A DNA stretch of 32,686 nt, from positions 1-32,686 of the forward strand of contig NW_021835748.1 of assembly GCF_006345805.1 (NCBI RefSeq), written 5' to 3'. Below the pieces are notes generated by a model. The model made no database searches. It saw only the letters and a list, made by a program, of their open reading frames with translations, and was not told where the DNA came from. This document shows positions 21,435 to 32,686 of this stretch, in pieces. The DNA comes from Octopus sinensis. Its lineage: Eukaryota. Position numbers and translations under genes: made by a program. The stretch's first letter is position 1; each line of letters opens with the position of its first letter.

Positions 21435-22370
21435 GTATATATATTTTGCACGTAAATTTTTTCCAATAAGATTTTCAATATCGGTCAAAAGTGACTGTTA
21501 TGGTCCTTTAGGTAAGAAATGCTCGTACTTCTAGTGTTAAACCTTTAAACGTTGTGCCTTGGCATGGATACAGTCCAGTGACTGAGAAAAACAAAAAAAA
21601 AACACAGATAAAAGAGAATATGGGAAACTGAGACATGTTTTAAAAGTATGACACCGTATCCAACTCATCACGGATCTTAATCAAGTAGCGATGAGAAAAT
21701 CACTATGTACATTTTTTTTTCTGCCTGTAGAAATGTAAAAACACCGAGAAAATAAATTACACCTATACATAGATAATATTAACAGTGTCTGCATTAATCT
21801 AATAAACTTGTGTAATGATACAAGATCTAGTTGCTGATATGACAGCTTATTGATTTTTTGTTTTTTCGGAGTCATTGGTCACTGACAATTTAGTGGAAAT
21901 GTAATTTAGCGGAAATGTAAGCCTGCAAAAATATTAATGAATATTATTGAACATCGACTAAGAAAAGTAATGGCGTTGTTTCATATTCTGGTACCGAATA
22001 GATAGAGTTTTTAGCGAGTCGTATAAAATGTCTTTTGGTATTTGTTCCAACTCTCTCCAATCGAAGTTCAGATCTCGCTGGTGCCAACCTTACTTTTTGT
22101 TCTTTAGGGGTGGATAAATGAACTGGCAGTGGATTGGTGGAATTGTTAGGTCATCATATGAGATCTATTTGTGTTCTGAGTTTTAAATTTTGCATTTTGA
22201 GTGTAAAGTGTCAAGTTTACGGGAGTGCATTCAATCGTAAAGTTACTACAAAAATAGTGGCAGTGAAGTCAATGTAAAATAATAAAAAAATAACAATCAA
22301 AAGAAATGAGATTGGTTGTGAAAGTTCCAACGAACTCACAATATTTCATATGACCTGAATTAGTGGTCTT

Positions 22371-22547
22371 ATGCATCTGGAAGAGGAGGCTGAGGAGGAG
22401 AACGAAGAAGAAGAAGAAGAAGAAGAAGAAGAAGAAGAAGAAGAAGAAGAAGAGGGACGTGAAGAACGAAGAAAATACGTAGAACTACATGAAAAAAAAA
22501 AACAGATTATATTGAAACATATGAAGGAAGCGCTAGAACAAGAGTGA
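22371..22547 (+). other. Short Glu-rich ORF or possible exon around (GAA)16
   Basis: MHLEEEAEEEN-E16-EGREERRKYVELHEKKKQIILKHMKEALEQE*. Possible donor GA|gtgaga at 22543/22544. Confidence 0.3.
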
Positions 22548-23150
22548 GAGAGATTTGTGTCCATTGCAGTCTATATTTTAGTGTGGAGAGGCAGAATCTG
22601 TAGGATTCTTCTTATGTTCTGGATTTCATTGTCGCTAATTCTTGCTTTATACTGTTTCATATGTAGTCGTTAAATTATATATCTTATGGTATTGGGTTCA
22701 TAGAATCAAATGCCGTCACTTCCCCACTCTACAATTCCCTTCTTTAGGCTGGCTTAGATCTAACTGCTAATTTATATTACTATACTAATGAAATACCGTA
22801 TTGATATTAACGCAGTTTCATTTGTCACTCCATACTATTTTTAAAAAACTCATCTTTAATACATGTAAGCCGTATTGTTTTTAGTCTCTCCGCCATTAAC
22901 AGTTACCTTAATAAGGGAACTTAGTATTACGTCAATGCTTTAGTAGCTAATTTAGGCTTAGTGTTTAATCTAATGTCGTGTAAATTATAAATACACTCAA
23001 CCAAACATATATGTGTGTGCTTGCACGTGTATAAAGTAGTTTATATTCAATATTCAATTAAGCTAGAGGATTGCCACAAACTAGACAAAAAATAGTATTG
23101 TATGTTTCCATAGCCAATTAAACTAAAGTCACAACTCATTCAACAACACC

Positions 23151-23549
23151 GATGCTTGTCCACTTAAGAAATATTGCAACATAGAAACTGGAAATTTATA
23201 AATCAGAGGTTGTATGTATAAAACCACAACTATATGTGACACGCAAATGATACGTAGGCATAATTTAAGGGAAGTTCAAACACAGATTCTATAGCTTCAT
23301 CTTCTAGACACAATAAACGATAATATTAACCGATTACATTGAGCAATTCCAAACAAATCTTCCTACAACAAAATTATATAGAAAATTATTGAAAGGTCAA
23401 AACCCTACAAGAATGGAATCAAAAAATATAACCTTTGTACTGCAGAGAAGTAACAAATTCTCATATACCTGTACAACCATGATATCAGCTTCAACAACAA
23501 GAAATATCTGTTATGTAACTGGGTTATAATACCGAAACCTCATTAACAG
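23151..23549 (+). mobile_element. Old Penelope-like GIY-YIG endonuclease relic followed by a decayed hammerhead
   Basis: Fragments CPLKKYC (23157-23177), EIYKSEVV, YVGII*GKFKHRFY (YVG 23251-23259) and I*KIIERSKPYKNGIKKYNLCTAEK*QILI, then ctgt...GAAACctca.taacag at 23508-23549. Confidence 0.8.
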
Positions 23550-24322
23550 CAATTTCACATGTTAGCATGTATACGCGGTTCACTTTTATTTTTCGTTTCC
23601 CTATTATTCATTTCTTCTCTTTTTGCTTCATATTCTTTTTCGGTTATCTCCTCCTTTATTGATGTAACTATCTTACATCCGTAACCTCCTTTTTGTATAT
23701 TTGATTCATTTTGGCCTTATTTTGTGCCAATTTTCATCTATTTATTACATTTCTTGAAATCTATTGCTCCTCGATGTTGATACAACTCAGCCTAACCATC
23801 AAAACTTTATGGCCGCCAATAGAAGCAGTAACTTTTTTTTTTTTGTTTGGCAATTTTGTCAAAATATACTTTAAGTAAACAGCGTTATCTGACGATAGAA
23901 GTTATGACAAGAAAATCTATCGTAGTTTTTCACATTTTACATGTGAGCACGCACTCACACACACACATACATGCATACACACACGCACACATACACAGAG
24001 GCAGACGTGCATGAGTACGGAGAAAGCTAAAAGAGGAGAGATGGTAAAAAAGAAAAAAAATGTTTGACTGTCTGTGGAAGCATGCACTTTTATGTATTGC
24101 ATGAAATATATATAAAATTATACAGGCATTCATATACTAAGTTATGTATGTAAACAATCAATAGAGCCATGAATAGTATAGCTAATAAATGCAAACGCGT
24201 GTACATAACACACATACACATATATAGTAAATCTATATAACTACATACTGATATGCATATATATATGTGTGCGTATATATATATATATATATATACAAAT
24301 ATATATATATATATATATAGAT

Positions 24323-24361
<39 letters not shown>

Positions 24362-24546
24362 ATATATTATATATATATATATATACATACATAATACATG
24401 CATGCAACAATGCATACATACAAACATACATAACACATATATATATATATATAATATATATATATATAACAGATATACGCGATATGTATGTGTATATACA
24501 TACACACACGTACATACATACATGCATACATACATACATACATACA

Positions 24547-24578
<32 letters not shown>

Positions 24579-25229
24579 CATACATATATACACATGCGTC
24601 TGCGCACACAGAGACACATACGCACACACACACACACAATCATACAAGAAAGTCCAATGATAAAACAAGAGTATATGAAAAAAATACTGGATAATATCAA
24701 TGGAAAATGAAGAAACTGCTTTCGATGATATTATCCTCCGTAAATCCTAAACGGATGCTGGAATATGTGCAAGGAATATTAATCTGGTGTATAAGAAATA
24801 ATGGGATTAATGACCTTTGAAATGTTGCCGAACATTCTGGATTCTAGCAAAGAACATAAACAGAAGATCTGTGTAGTTAATCTTCTGAAATAATGGAAGT
24901 CAAACAGTAAATTCGAATGGTCTGTATTTAACATCATAATGTGGATTTACTTTCATTAGACTGATACAGGTATACCGACGCAAGTACATTGGCATGTGTA
25001 TGAGTGTGTGTATACAAGCACAATTTCTTGCATTTAATAGTTCATATATACATTAAAAAAACAAATGCACGTGTACATGCATGAATGTATATTTGCGTGC
25101 GTATATAAAGATATATATATAAATATGTATATATATACATATATATATAATATGTATATATATAATATATATATATATGTATATATTTATGTATATATAT
25201 ATGTATATATATATGTATATATATATATG

Positions 25230-25272
<43 letters not shown>

Positions 25273-25584
25273 ATATATATATGTATATGTATACATATTT
25301 ATGGGGTAGGGCGTTGCATCGATATATGTACAAAACAAATCTGATCGTTTGGAAATCTTTCAACATTTGTGGCATGACATACACACACTCCTACAGACAT
25401 ACACATATGCACACATGCATGTACACACTCACCAATACACAGTGTCGAGTATTTACGTATTAAATATAAACATCTATTGAATCGGAAAAGTATTGATTGC
25501 TGTTCTTGTTTAGCCCCAAGTCAACCCTAACTGAAGAGAGCTTTGAGGAAATGCGTTCCTATTGTGGCCATCAAAAATATTTCC

Positions 25585-25627
<43 letters not shown>

Positions 25628-26231
25628 TATATATATATATGTATGTATGTATGTATGTATTATGTATGTATAAGTAAATACTATTTTCTAACATAATGTG
25701 GCTGTCCTGAAAGGGAAGATGTTAGTGTTGTTTAAGCCCCAAGAAACATTGTTTCTAGCTGGTTATACGAAACACTATCTGTGCCTTTATATTTTCGAGC
25801 AGGGAGCCCAGCACTCCCATCCACTGCAAAGCAGCATTCGTGGACTAGTTTCTGGGTTATTGCTCTTTATCAACACACAGTAGCTGCTTTTGAAAGTGAT
25901 ACACAGTCACTGACCAAAAAATTGAAATATTATTATTTCTAAATCTCTTAAAGAGAGACATTCAAAGAGCATTCAAATTAACATCGTTCCTTTCAGGACA
26001 ACCACATTATGTTGGCAAATAGCATTTACTTTAAAGAACTGTTACTGAGTGTCTCACTTCTCTAGATTTAGAAATAATACTATTTATATTCAACAAAGTT
26101 TGTGTTTAGAAGCGTTGAAATGTATTGAAAGATACAGAAATAATTATTTTTTAATTCTCAAACGCGTGATAATGTTAATAAATAGAGAGATCAGGATAAA
26201 TTATCCATACATTGCAGAGAAATACGTTACC

Positions 26232-26304
26232 GGCCAGCCATGAGACTCGAACTCACATCCTTTTGAGTGATTACGCGTCAAGTGATTTACCATTAAGCTA
26301 TAGC
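26232..26304 (-). mobile_element. tRNA-like SINE head
   Basis: The minus strand reads gctatagcttaatggt (A box)...gtgagttcgagtctcat (B box and T-stem). The acceptor stem is imperfect. Confidence 0.55.
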
Positions 26305-26527
26305 AATATTGTATTTCTAAATATCTCAGAGAGACTTATACAGTAGCAGCACAATAAAGTGATGGCTTGTTGCCAACTTAATGTGGCAGTCCTAGGAAAA
26401 GGAAGAATGCTACTTCTATTTAGTCCCAGGAAACACCGTTTCCAGTTGGATATGTGACACAAGCGTTCTGTGTTCTTAACTTTTCAAAGAGGGGAGATAA
26501 ACACCTCCACCCAGCAAAGCCAGCATT

Positions 26528-26566
26528 CAGAGATTAGTTTCAGAGTCATGGGTCTTCATCAGTCTG
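26528..26566 (-). ncRNA. Partly decayed type I hammerhead
   Basis: caga-CTGATGA-agacccatgactct-GAA-ACTAAT-C-tctg. The paralogous copy at 25843-25852 retains GAAACTAGTC. Confidence 0.6.
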
Positions 26567-27395
26567 GAGTAGCTTGGCTTGTTAGCTGTTGATGCTTATT
26601 CGCCTTTGAAAACGTATAGAATTTCAAGTGAAATGAATTCACTAATCTACAAAATTAGAAATATTGCTTTTCTAAATCTCTCAGAGAGATTTATACAGTA
26701 GCAACACACAATATATATGTGTGTGTGTGTGTGTGTTTGTATGTATACATACGTGCAATTATCTATATATGTATATATACGACGAACTTAATTTACTCTT
26801 CGCCTACCTAATCCACTCAGAAGGACTAAACCCGAAACCAAGTTTTTAACCACACAGACATACCTCGTTCTCCTAAAGGACGAATCGATCCTCCTCTTAG
26901 TGCCCTTGAGTAGAATAAAAGTGTGGTGTACCCATTTCGTATGCTTAGCACAGTGAGGCTACAACGGTAGGTTGATCAATAAAGAAAAAGTTGACAAAAT
27001 TTACATAGCATTTCAAAATATAGCGAGGGTTATAGCTACGTGCATGAAATCAACGTGTTGTTACTACGTTCTTGCCTCCGAACAGAAATCTATATATGAT
27101 TGGACGTTTGCAAGCATACGCGTTTGTACGTACGTGAGCATGCGTACAATATACGTGTGTGCGCGTGCGCGCGTGTGTGTGTGAGAGAGAGAGAGTATGT
27201 GAATATATGCGCGTTCGTGGTTGCGTATAAATCTTTAGCTGTATACAGATCGAATAAATATGTTCAGTGAAAAGTAGCAGCTGACGGGAGGAAAGTTTAT
27301 TTAAGCAGATATATAAATTCTACGCCTGCATTCGCATAGCGTACAGGTCATTCCTAGAGATTATTCATTTTCTAGTTGTCACTATAATGTTTCCC

Positions 27396-27434
<39 letters not shown>

Positions 27435-27699
27435 GATCGATTTCTTCAATCTCTTGCTATATATATATATAACTCACGTATATACGTGTATGTGTAAATG
27501 CATGTATGAGTGTGTATGTGTGTATGTGTGTGTGTGAGTGCGTGTGTGTGTGTGTGTGTGTGGTAGACTTACATAAACTTAAACAGTGCAATCTTAGTTA
27601 ATCGAAATGATGTGTTAGTGAGCGTTCGTTTATGTGTCTGTCTGTCTGTCTGTCTGCTTGTCTCTAGTTTTCTGCCTATCGATATTTATCTCACCATCA

Positions 27700-27747
<48 letters not shown>

Positions 27748-28011
27748 TAAGCGTGTGTTAGTGTATGTGCTTGTATTTGTGTACATGTATACAATACAAA
27801 ACTCCTTAGGAGATTTTATTTACGTGCGAAGAGAAGAACAATACGACGAGTTTCGGCTTGCTACTGCTGTCAGACTGTAGGATATATCTGTTTATTCTAC
27901 AAAAAGAAGAACCTTACAATTACTCATGGGAACATTTTGCATGAATAGATTCGTTGGCAATGCGTAATAATTATTTAAACTACTGTGAAAACAAAAGCAT
28001 GGTGGAATTGT

Positions 28012-28175
28012 AGGCGTAGGAGTGGCTGTGTGATAAGTAGCTTGCTTACAAACCACATGGTTCTGGGTTCAGTCCTACAGCGTGGCACCTAGGCCATGTG
28101 TCTTCTACTAGAGCTTCGGGTTGACCAAAGCCTTGTGAATGGATTTGGTAGACAGAAACTAAAAGAAGCCCGTCG

Positions 28176-28210
<35 letters not shown>

Positions 28211-28433
28211 GTTTATGTTTGTGTGTCTGTGTTTGTCCCTCTAGCATTGCTTGACAACCGCTGGTGGTGTGTGTTACGTCCCCGTAACTTAGCGGTTCGG
28301 CAAAAGAGATCGATAGACTAAGTACTAGGCTTACAGAGTATAAGTCCTTGGATCGATTTGCTCGACTAAAGGCGGTGCTCCAGCATGGCCAGTCAAATGA
28401 CTGAAACAAGCAAAAGAGTAAAAGAGTAAGAGT
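28012..28433 (+). mobile_element. Octopus SINE family B, full length
   Basis: Colinear with 12839-13298. Confidence 0.9.
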
Positions 28434-29032
28434 ATAAACATTTATATATATTATATATATAATATATATATATATGATTGTGGACTCTCTTATATCAAAC
28501 CACAAGAGAAGTTCCACACCTTTTGCTGAAGAACCTGCGCAAGCGATTTGTCTATAGCGGTCAAATGTTTGTTCTGTACATTACCTAAATTCCTCCATCG
28601 AAATGCACCTAAAGTTATCGCAGACCAAATTGAGAATATGAGGATTAACGTACCTTATTGGTCCTTACCCAGAATATTACAGCGTCGTTTCCAATGGACC
28701 ATTCCAGGCATAGAACAGGGTTTTAATAGTAAGAGTTTTTTCCATTTCTTTCATAGGGACTGGTGGCTCAGGAGCACTCCTCAGGTTCCGAGGAGCAACC
28801 GCCATACCATAATATTATTCTATTCATTATTATACGTAAATTACGATGTAATTTCCCCAAACCTTCAAGCCGTGTGCCTATAATAGAAGGATTGTTAACC
28901 ATATTCACATTAACCCTTCGTATATATTTATTTACATTCTATTTACACTCATATACATACGCACACAGCCTCAGTATTTAAAATAATTATTTCGCGTTGG
29001 GTTTCATATACATGTGTGTATGTGTGTGGGTA

Positions 29033-29145
29033 GATAAATTAAGTACCAGTTGCGAACTGGGGATCGATGTAATCGACTTAATCCGTTTGTCTGTCTTTGT
29101 TTGTCCCCTCTGTAGTAAAGAAATAGGTATTTCGTCTGCCGCTAC
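29033..29145 (+). mobile_element. SINE family A 3' fragment
   Basis: gataaattaagtaccag...gtaaagaaataggtatttcgtctgccg, as in 32200-32330. Confidence 0.8.
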
Positions 29146-29201
29146 AGATAAATATTTTATGTGTAAATATGTGTGGGTGAGTGCGTGCGTGTGGTGGTGT
29201 G

Positions 29202-29232
<31 letters not shown>

Positions 29233-29234
29233 GT

Positions 29235-29268
<34 letters not shown>

Positions 29269-29696
29269 CTGTGTGTGTGTGTGTGTGTTTGTGTGTATCT
29301 GTGTAAACAACACATTGTTAATTGCTAAGTTACTGTTCTGGTCAAAGTGTAACTTACCTACACTCTAATAGATATCGATAAAAATATACCCTTGTAAAAT
29401 AGATGGTGAGTTCGATATGATGATCAGCTAAGAATCCTCAAATCAGTGCCACCCTTATAAAACAGAAACATTGTTTCCGAATTTAACACATTTGTATGTT
29501 TAATTATAAATACACAAAAATTCATTTATTTCACTGAAGTTCGTTTATTTGGTGTTTTTGGCAGCGGAAAGGCAATAAAAACGTATTCAATGAAAGATTC
29601 ATATGTCCTTAAATGTATTTAAGATCATCGCCTTCTGATCTGAATCTAATTTATAATAGCTGATATATATATATTATAATATATTAATATATATAT

Positions 29697-29728
<32 letters not shown>

Positions 29729-31135
29729 GCATGTATATGTGTGATTACAGAGGCACTTGCGTAAATATATATATTCTTGCAAATGCATACGAATAAAACC
29801 TATCGCCACCAAAACGCATTCATGTATAACAAGACATACGTAGACATAGATACTTCCTGAAAGAAGAGGTAATATATGCACAATTCTTTCTCTACGTAGA
29901 AACACAAACACGCAGATCACCATACGCATACACACCCACACATGCACATACTCACACAAACATACACAGACAAACAAACTGACACAAATACACAGACACA
30001 CACGAATACACCCTCACACAAACACATACACAGGCAGACCCAGCATAATGTATTTTTAATATATTATTCGTTTTGTTGATGTCTGACAGAAGAAGTTGGT
30101 ATGGCGTTCGCCATTTTAGCCTCTTTCTCCTCGAGTTATCAGATTGAAGAGCTCGAATACGCCAAGTGAAGGTTTTAGCACCGTTAGAAATAAATAGACA
30201 ATTAATTCGCAGACACAAAGATTAATTTCTTTGCTGTAACTCTTTTAGCAGTTCCTTCGTGATCAAGCGTACAGATCGCATTCATTAAGCGAAGCTCGCT
30301 GATATTTCCCTGTAATCCCAAGGATTTTACAATTCAATAAGACCGAAATAACATGAATAAATTAGAAACACCGTGGATAGGTGTGGGTGATTCACCAATG
30401 CTTGGATAGTGGTAGGCGGGGAAAACAGTGTAAGGTTTAGAACGGTACAGTATGCTACGGTGTGTTATGTCTGGATTTATTATTTCTTTATTGCTATTTA
30501 TTGTCAGGGGTTTCAGCTGTAGCTGTTTTGTTTTTCTGTCTTCAGCGTCAAGTGTGGGTGTTTTTATCTGTTTTGTTTGTAATATATAAATCAAACTTTG
30601 AGTATGCGTGTGGATGTATCTACGAAACTGCAATGCTTGCGTGGGTATATGTGTGTTAAGTGCACGAAAGGCAATAGAGAAGGACAAAAAAGAGAAATTT
30701 GAATTTCCAGTAGTAACATACACGTTATTATTTGTACGCTACGTCACTCGTTACAAATGGACGATCGCTGACATGCTTCAGATACAATTGCCAGTCAAGA
30801 AAGAAAAACAAAATGGAACTTGTAATGAAAATAAACAAAAATATAAATATAAATGTAAATGGACAATAAAAAATGAAATCAAAGAATAAAAGTATAAAAC
30901 TCGACCATAAACTCATGGTTTACACTCTTCGCGACATTCGTGTTTCTCTTTTTACGACGTACAACAATCCGCTGTTCACTCTATCTCAAGCAGAACTATT
31001 CTCAGTAAAAAATCTTTGTAATTTTTTTTTTCCACTGCATGGTGCCTTGGGCATGTGTCTTTTATTGTAGATTGGGCTAATCAATCAACACTTTGTAAGT
31101 GGATTTGATTGCTGGAAACTGAAAGAAGCCTATCG

Positions 31136-31180
<45 letters not shown>

Positions 31181-31196
31181 ATATATATATAGATAG

Positions 31197-31227
<31 letters not shown>

Positions 31228-31236
31228 CATACATAT

Positions 31237-31367
31237 ATGGGTACAAAACGTAAACAACATGTAATACGAAAATAAAGTTGGGTAACGAACAACGATAGAA
31301 CAAAATGGAAAAGAAAAAGAACATAAAAAACGACCCTTCATCAGTTGTCGGCTGTGCTTCTACTCCG
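31237..31367 (-). mobile_element. Probable PLE-tail relic (related to 2252-2430)
   Basis: atgggtacaaaac...cccttcatcagttgtcggc...tctactccg, flanked by TA tracts. Confidence 0.4.
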
Positions 31368-31378
31368 ATATATATATA

Positions 31379-31412
<34 letters not shown>

Positions 31413-31415
<3 letters not shown>

Positions 31416-31533
31416 TTTACTCTTTACTCTGTTACTGGTTTCAGTCATTTGACTGCGGCCATGCTGGAGCACCGCCTTTAGTCGAGCAAATCGACCCCGG
31501 GACTTATTCTTTGTAAGCCCAGTACTTATTCTA
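31413..31533 (-). mobile_element. SINE family B 3' end
   Basis: tttcagtcatttgactgcggccatgctggagcaccgcctttagtcgagcaaatcgacccc is the reverse complement of the family B tail. Confidence 0.85.
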
Positions 31534-31689
31534 CCGTTTTTTATTTGTAATCGATCAAGTAAAATCTAATCGATCAAGACAAAAGAAAGAGCAATAAGAA
31601 TATAGATTATTCGCATACATGTTTCACTATTAACATATTACGTAATTTTATTTTCATAAATGTCCGTAGATCATGATCTACGGACATTT

Positions 31690-31865
31690 CCACCACCACC
31701 GCTTCACATCCGATGTTCCTGTGTTTACGTCCCGGTAAGAGGCCAATAGAATATGTACAGTAATTGAAAAATAAGTAGTGGCGTCGATTTTTCGACTAAA
31801 ATTCCTTCCGGTGGTACTCCAGCATGGCTGAAATCCAGCGGCCGAAACAAGCAAAAGATAAAAGA
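31690..31865 (+). mobile_element. SINE family B 3' half, degenerate
   Basis: gtgtttacgtccc...gtcgatttttcgactaaa...ctccagcatggc...aacaagcaaaagataaaaga. Confidence 0.65.
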
Positions 31866-32078
31866 TATGGACGCATGTGCATGTTTTTATGTTTGCGTCA
31901 CACCACGTGACAAACGATGATTGCGTCACACCACGTGACAAAACATCACTTGTCACGTGGTGCCATCGTAATTTAGCAGTTAAGCAAAGGAGATCATCGT
32001 GGTGTCATCGAAATTTGTGACGTGCTTGTCATCGTAATCTAGCAGTTAAGCAAAGGAGATCGATAGAATAAGTACCAG

Positions 32079-32680
32079 GGCGGCGAGCTGGCAGAAACGT
32101 TAGCACGCCGGGTGAAATGCTTAGTGGTATTTCGTCTGCCGTTACGTTCTGAGTTCAAATTCCGCCGTGGTCGACTTTGCCCTTCATCCTTTCGGGATCG
32201 ATAAATTAAGTACCAGTTACGCACTGGGGTCGATGTAATCGACTTAATCCCTTTGTCTGTTCTTGTTTGTCCTCTCTGTGTTTAGCCCCTTGTGGGTAGT
32301 AAAGAAATAGGTATTTCGTCTGCCGCTACCTTCAGAGTTCAAATTCCGGCGAGGTCGACTTTGCCTTTCATTCTTTCAGGGTCAATTAAATAAGTACCAG
32401 TTACGCACTGGGGTCGATATACTCAACTCAATCCGTTTGTTTGTCCTTGTTTGTCCTCTCTGTGTTTAGCCCCTTGTGGGTAGTAAAGAAATAGGTATTT
32501 CGTCTGCCGTTACATTTTGAGTTCAAATTCCGCCGAGGTTGTCTTTGCCTTTCATCCTTTCGGCGTCGATAAATTAAGTAGCAGTTACGCACTGGGGTCT
32601 ATGTAATCGACTTAATCTTTTTGTCTGACCTTCTTTCTTCCGTCTATGTTTGGCCCCTAGTGGACAATAAAGAAATAAGA
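32079..32680 (+). mobile_element. SINE family A with its body tandemly triplicated (184-bp period)
   Basis: One head at 32079, then units starting gtatttcgtc at 32127, 32311 and 32495. Confidence 0.9.
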
Positions 32681-32686
32681 ATAAGT

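Noticed and set aside
26232-26304. Functional tRNA gene
   Set aside because: A and B boxes are present but the acceptor and anticodon stems do not close properly, so it is treated as a SINE head.
27845-27880. Hammerhead-like strings here and at 20975-21015 and 26815-26850
   Set aside because: The core is broken (CTGACAG, GAAT or missing CTGA) or stems I and III cannot pair, so they are at most very old relics.
28548-28883. 111-aa plus-strand ORF in non-repetitive sequence
   Set aside because: No recognisable domain, non-ATG start and ambiguous splice signals on both strands.

Overview
Repeat-dominated, intronic or intergenic animal DNA. The tRNA-derived SINE families, dense (TA)n/(CA)n/(TCTA)n tracts and Penelope debris point to an Octopus-type cephalopod genome (inferred from recognition, not from a search). 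I could not identify any intact protein-coding gene. Almost all of the supplied ORFs are translations of microsatellites. The main structure is a ~5.95 kb composite at 4731-10677, inserted in a (TA)n tract. It carries a frameshifted, very AT-rich Penelope/Poseidon-type GIY-YIG endonuclease frame (6605-7604) with no reverse transcriptase. An unusually long (~2.9 kb) non-coding segment follows, with strand-skew switches, an internal AATAAA plus A30, a hairpin cluster and a duplicated ~630 bp G/T-rich unit, and it ends in a minimal type I hammerhead ribozyme. The left 1.9 kb is an inverted, partial-tandem copy of that 3' end with a second, outward-facing hammerhead. Further hammerhead motifs from other Penelope-like families lie at 16.1, 17.5, 20.4, 23.5 and 26.5 kb, and three fold-back structures cluster at 16.0-17.9 kb. 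The window also holds mariner relics, a Tigger/pogo-type MITE, a decayed RLE-type non-LTR fragment, many SINEs and a few weak candidate exons.
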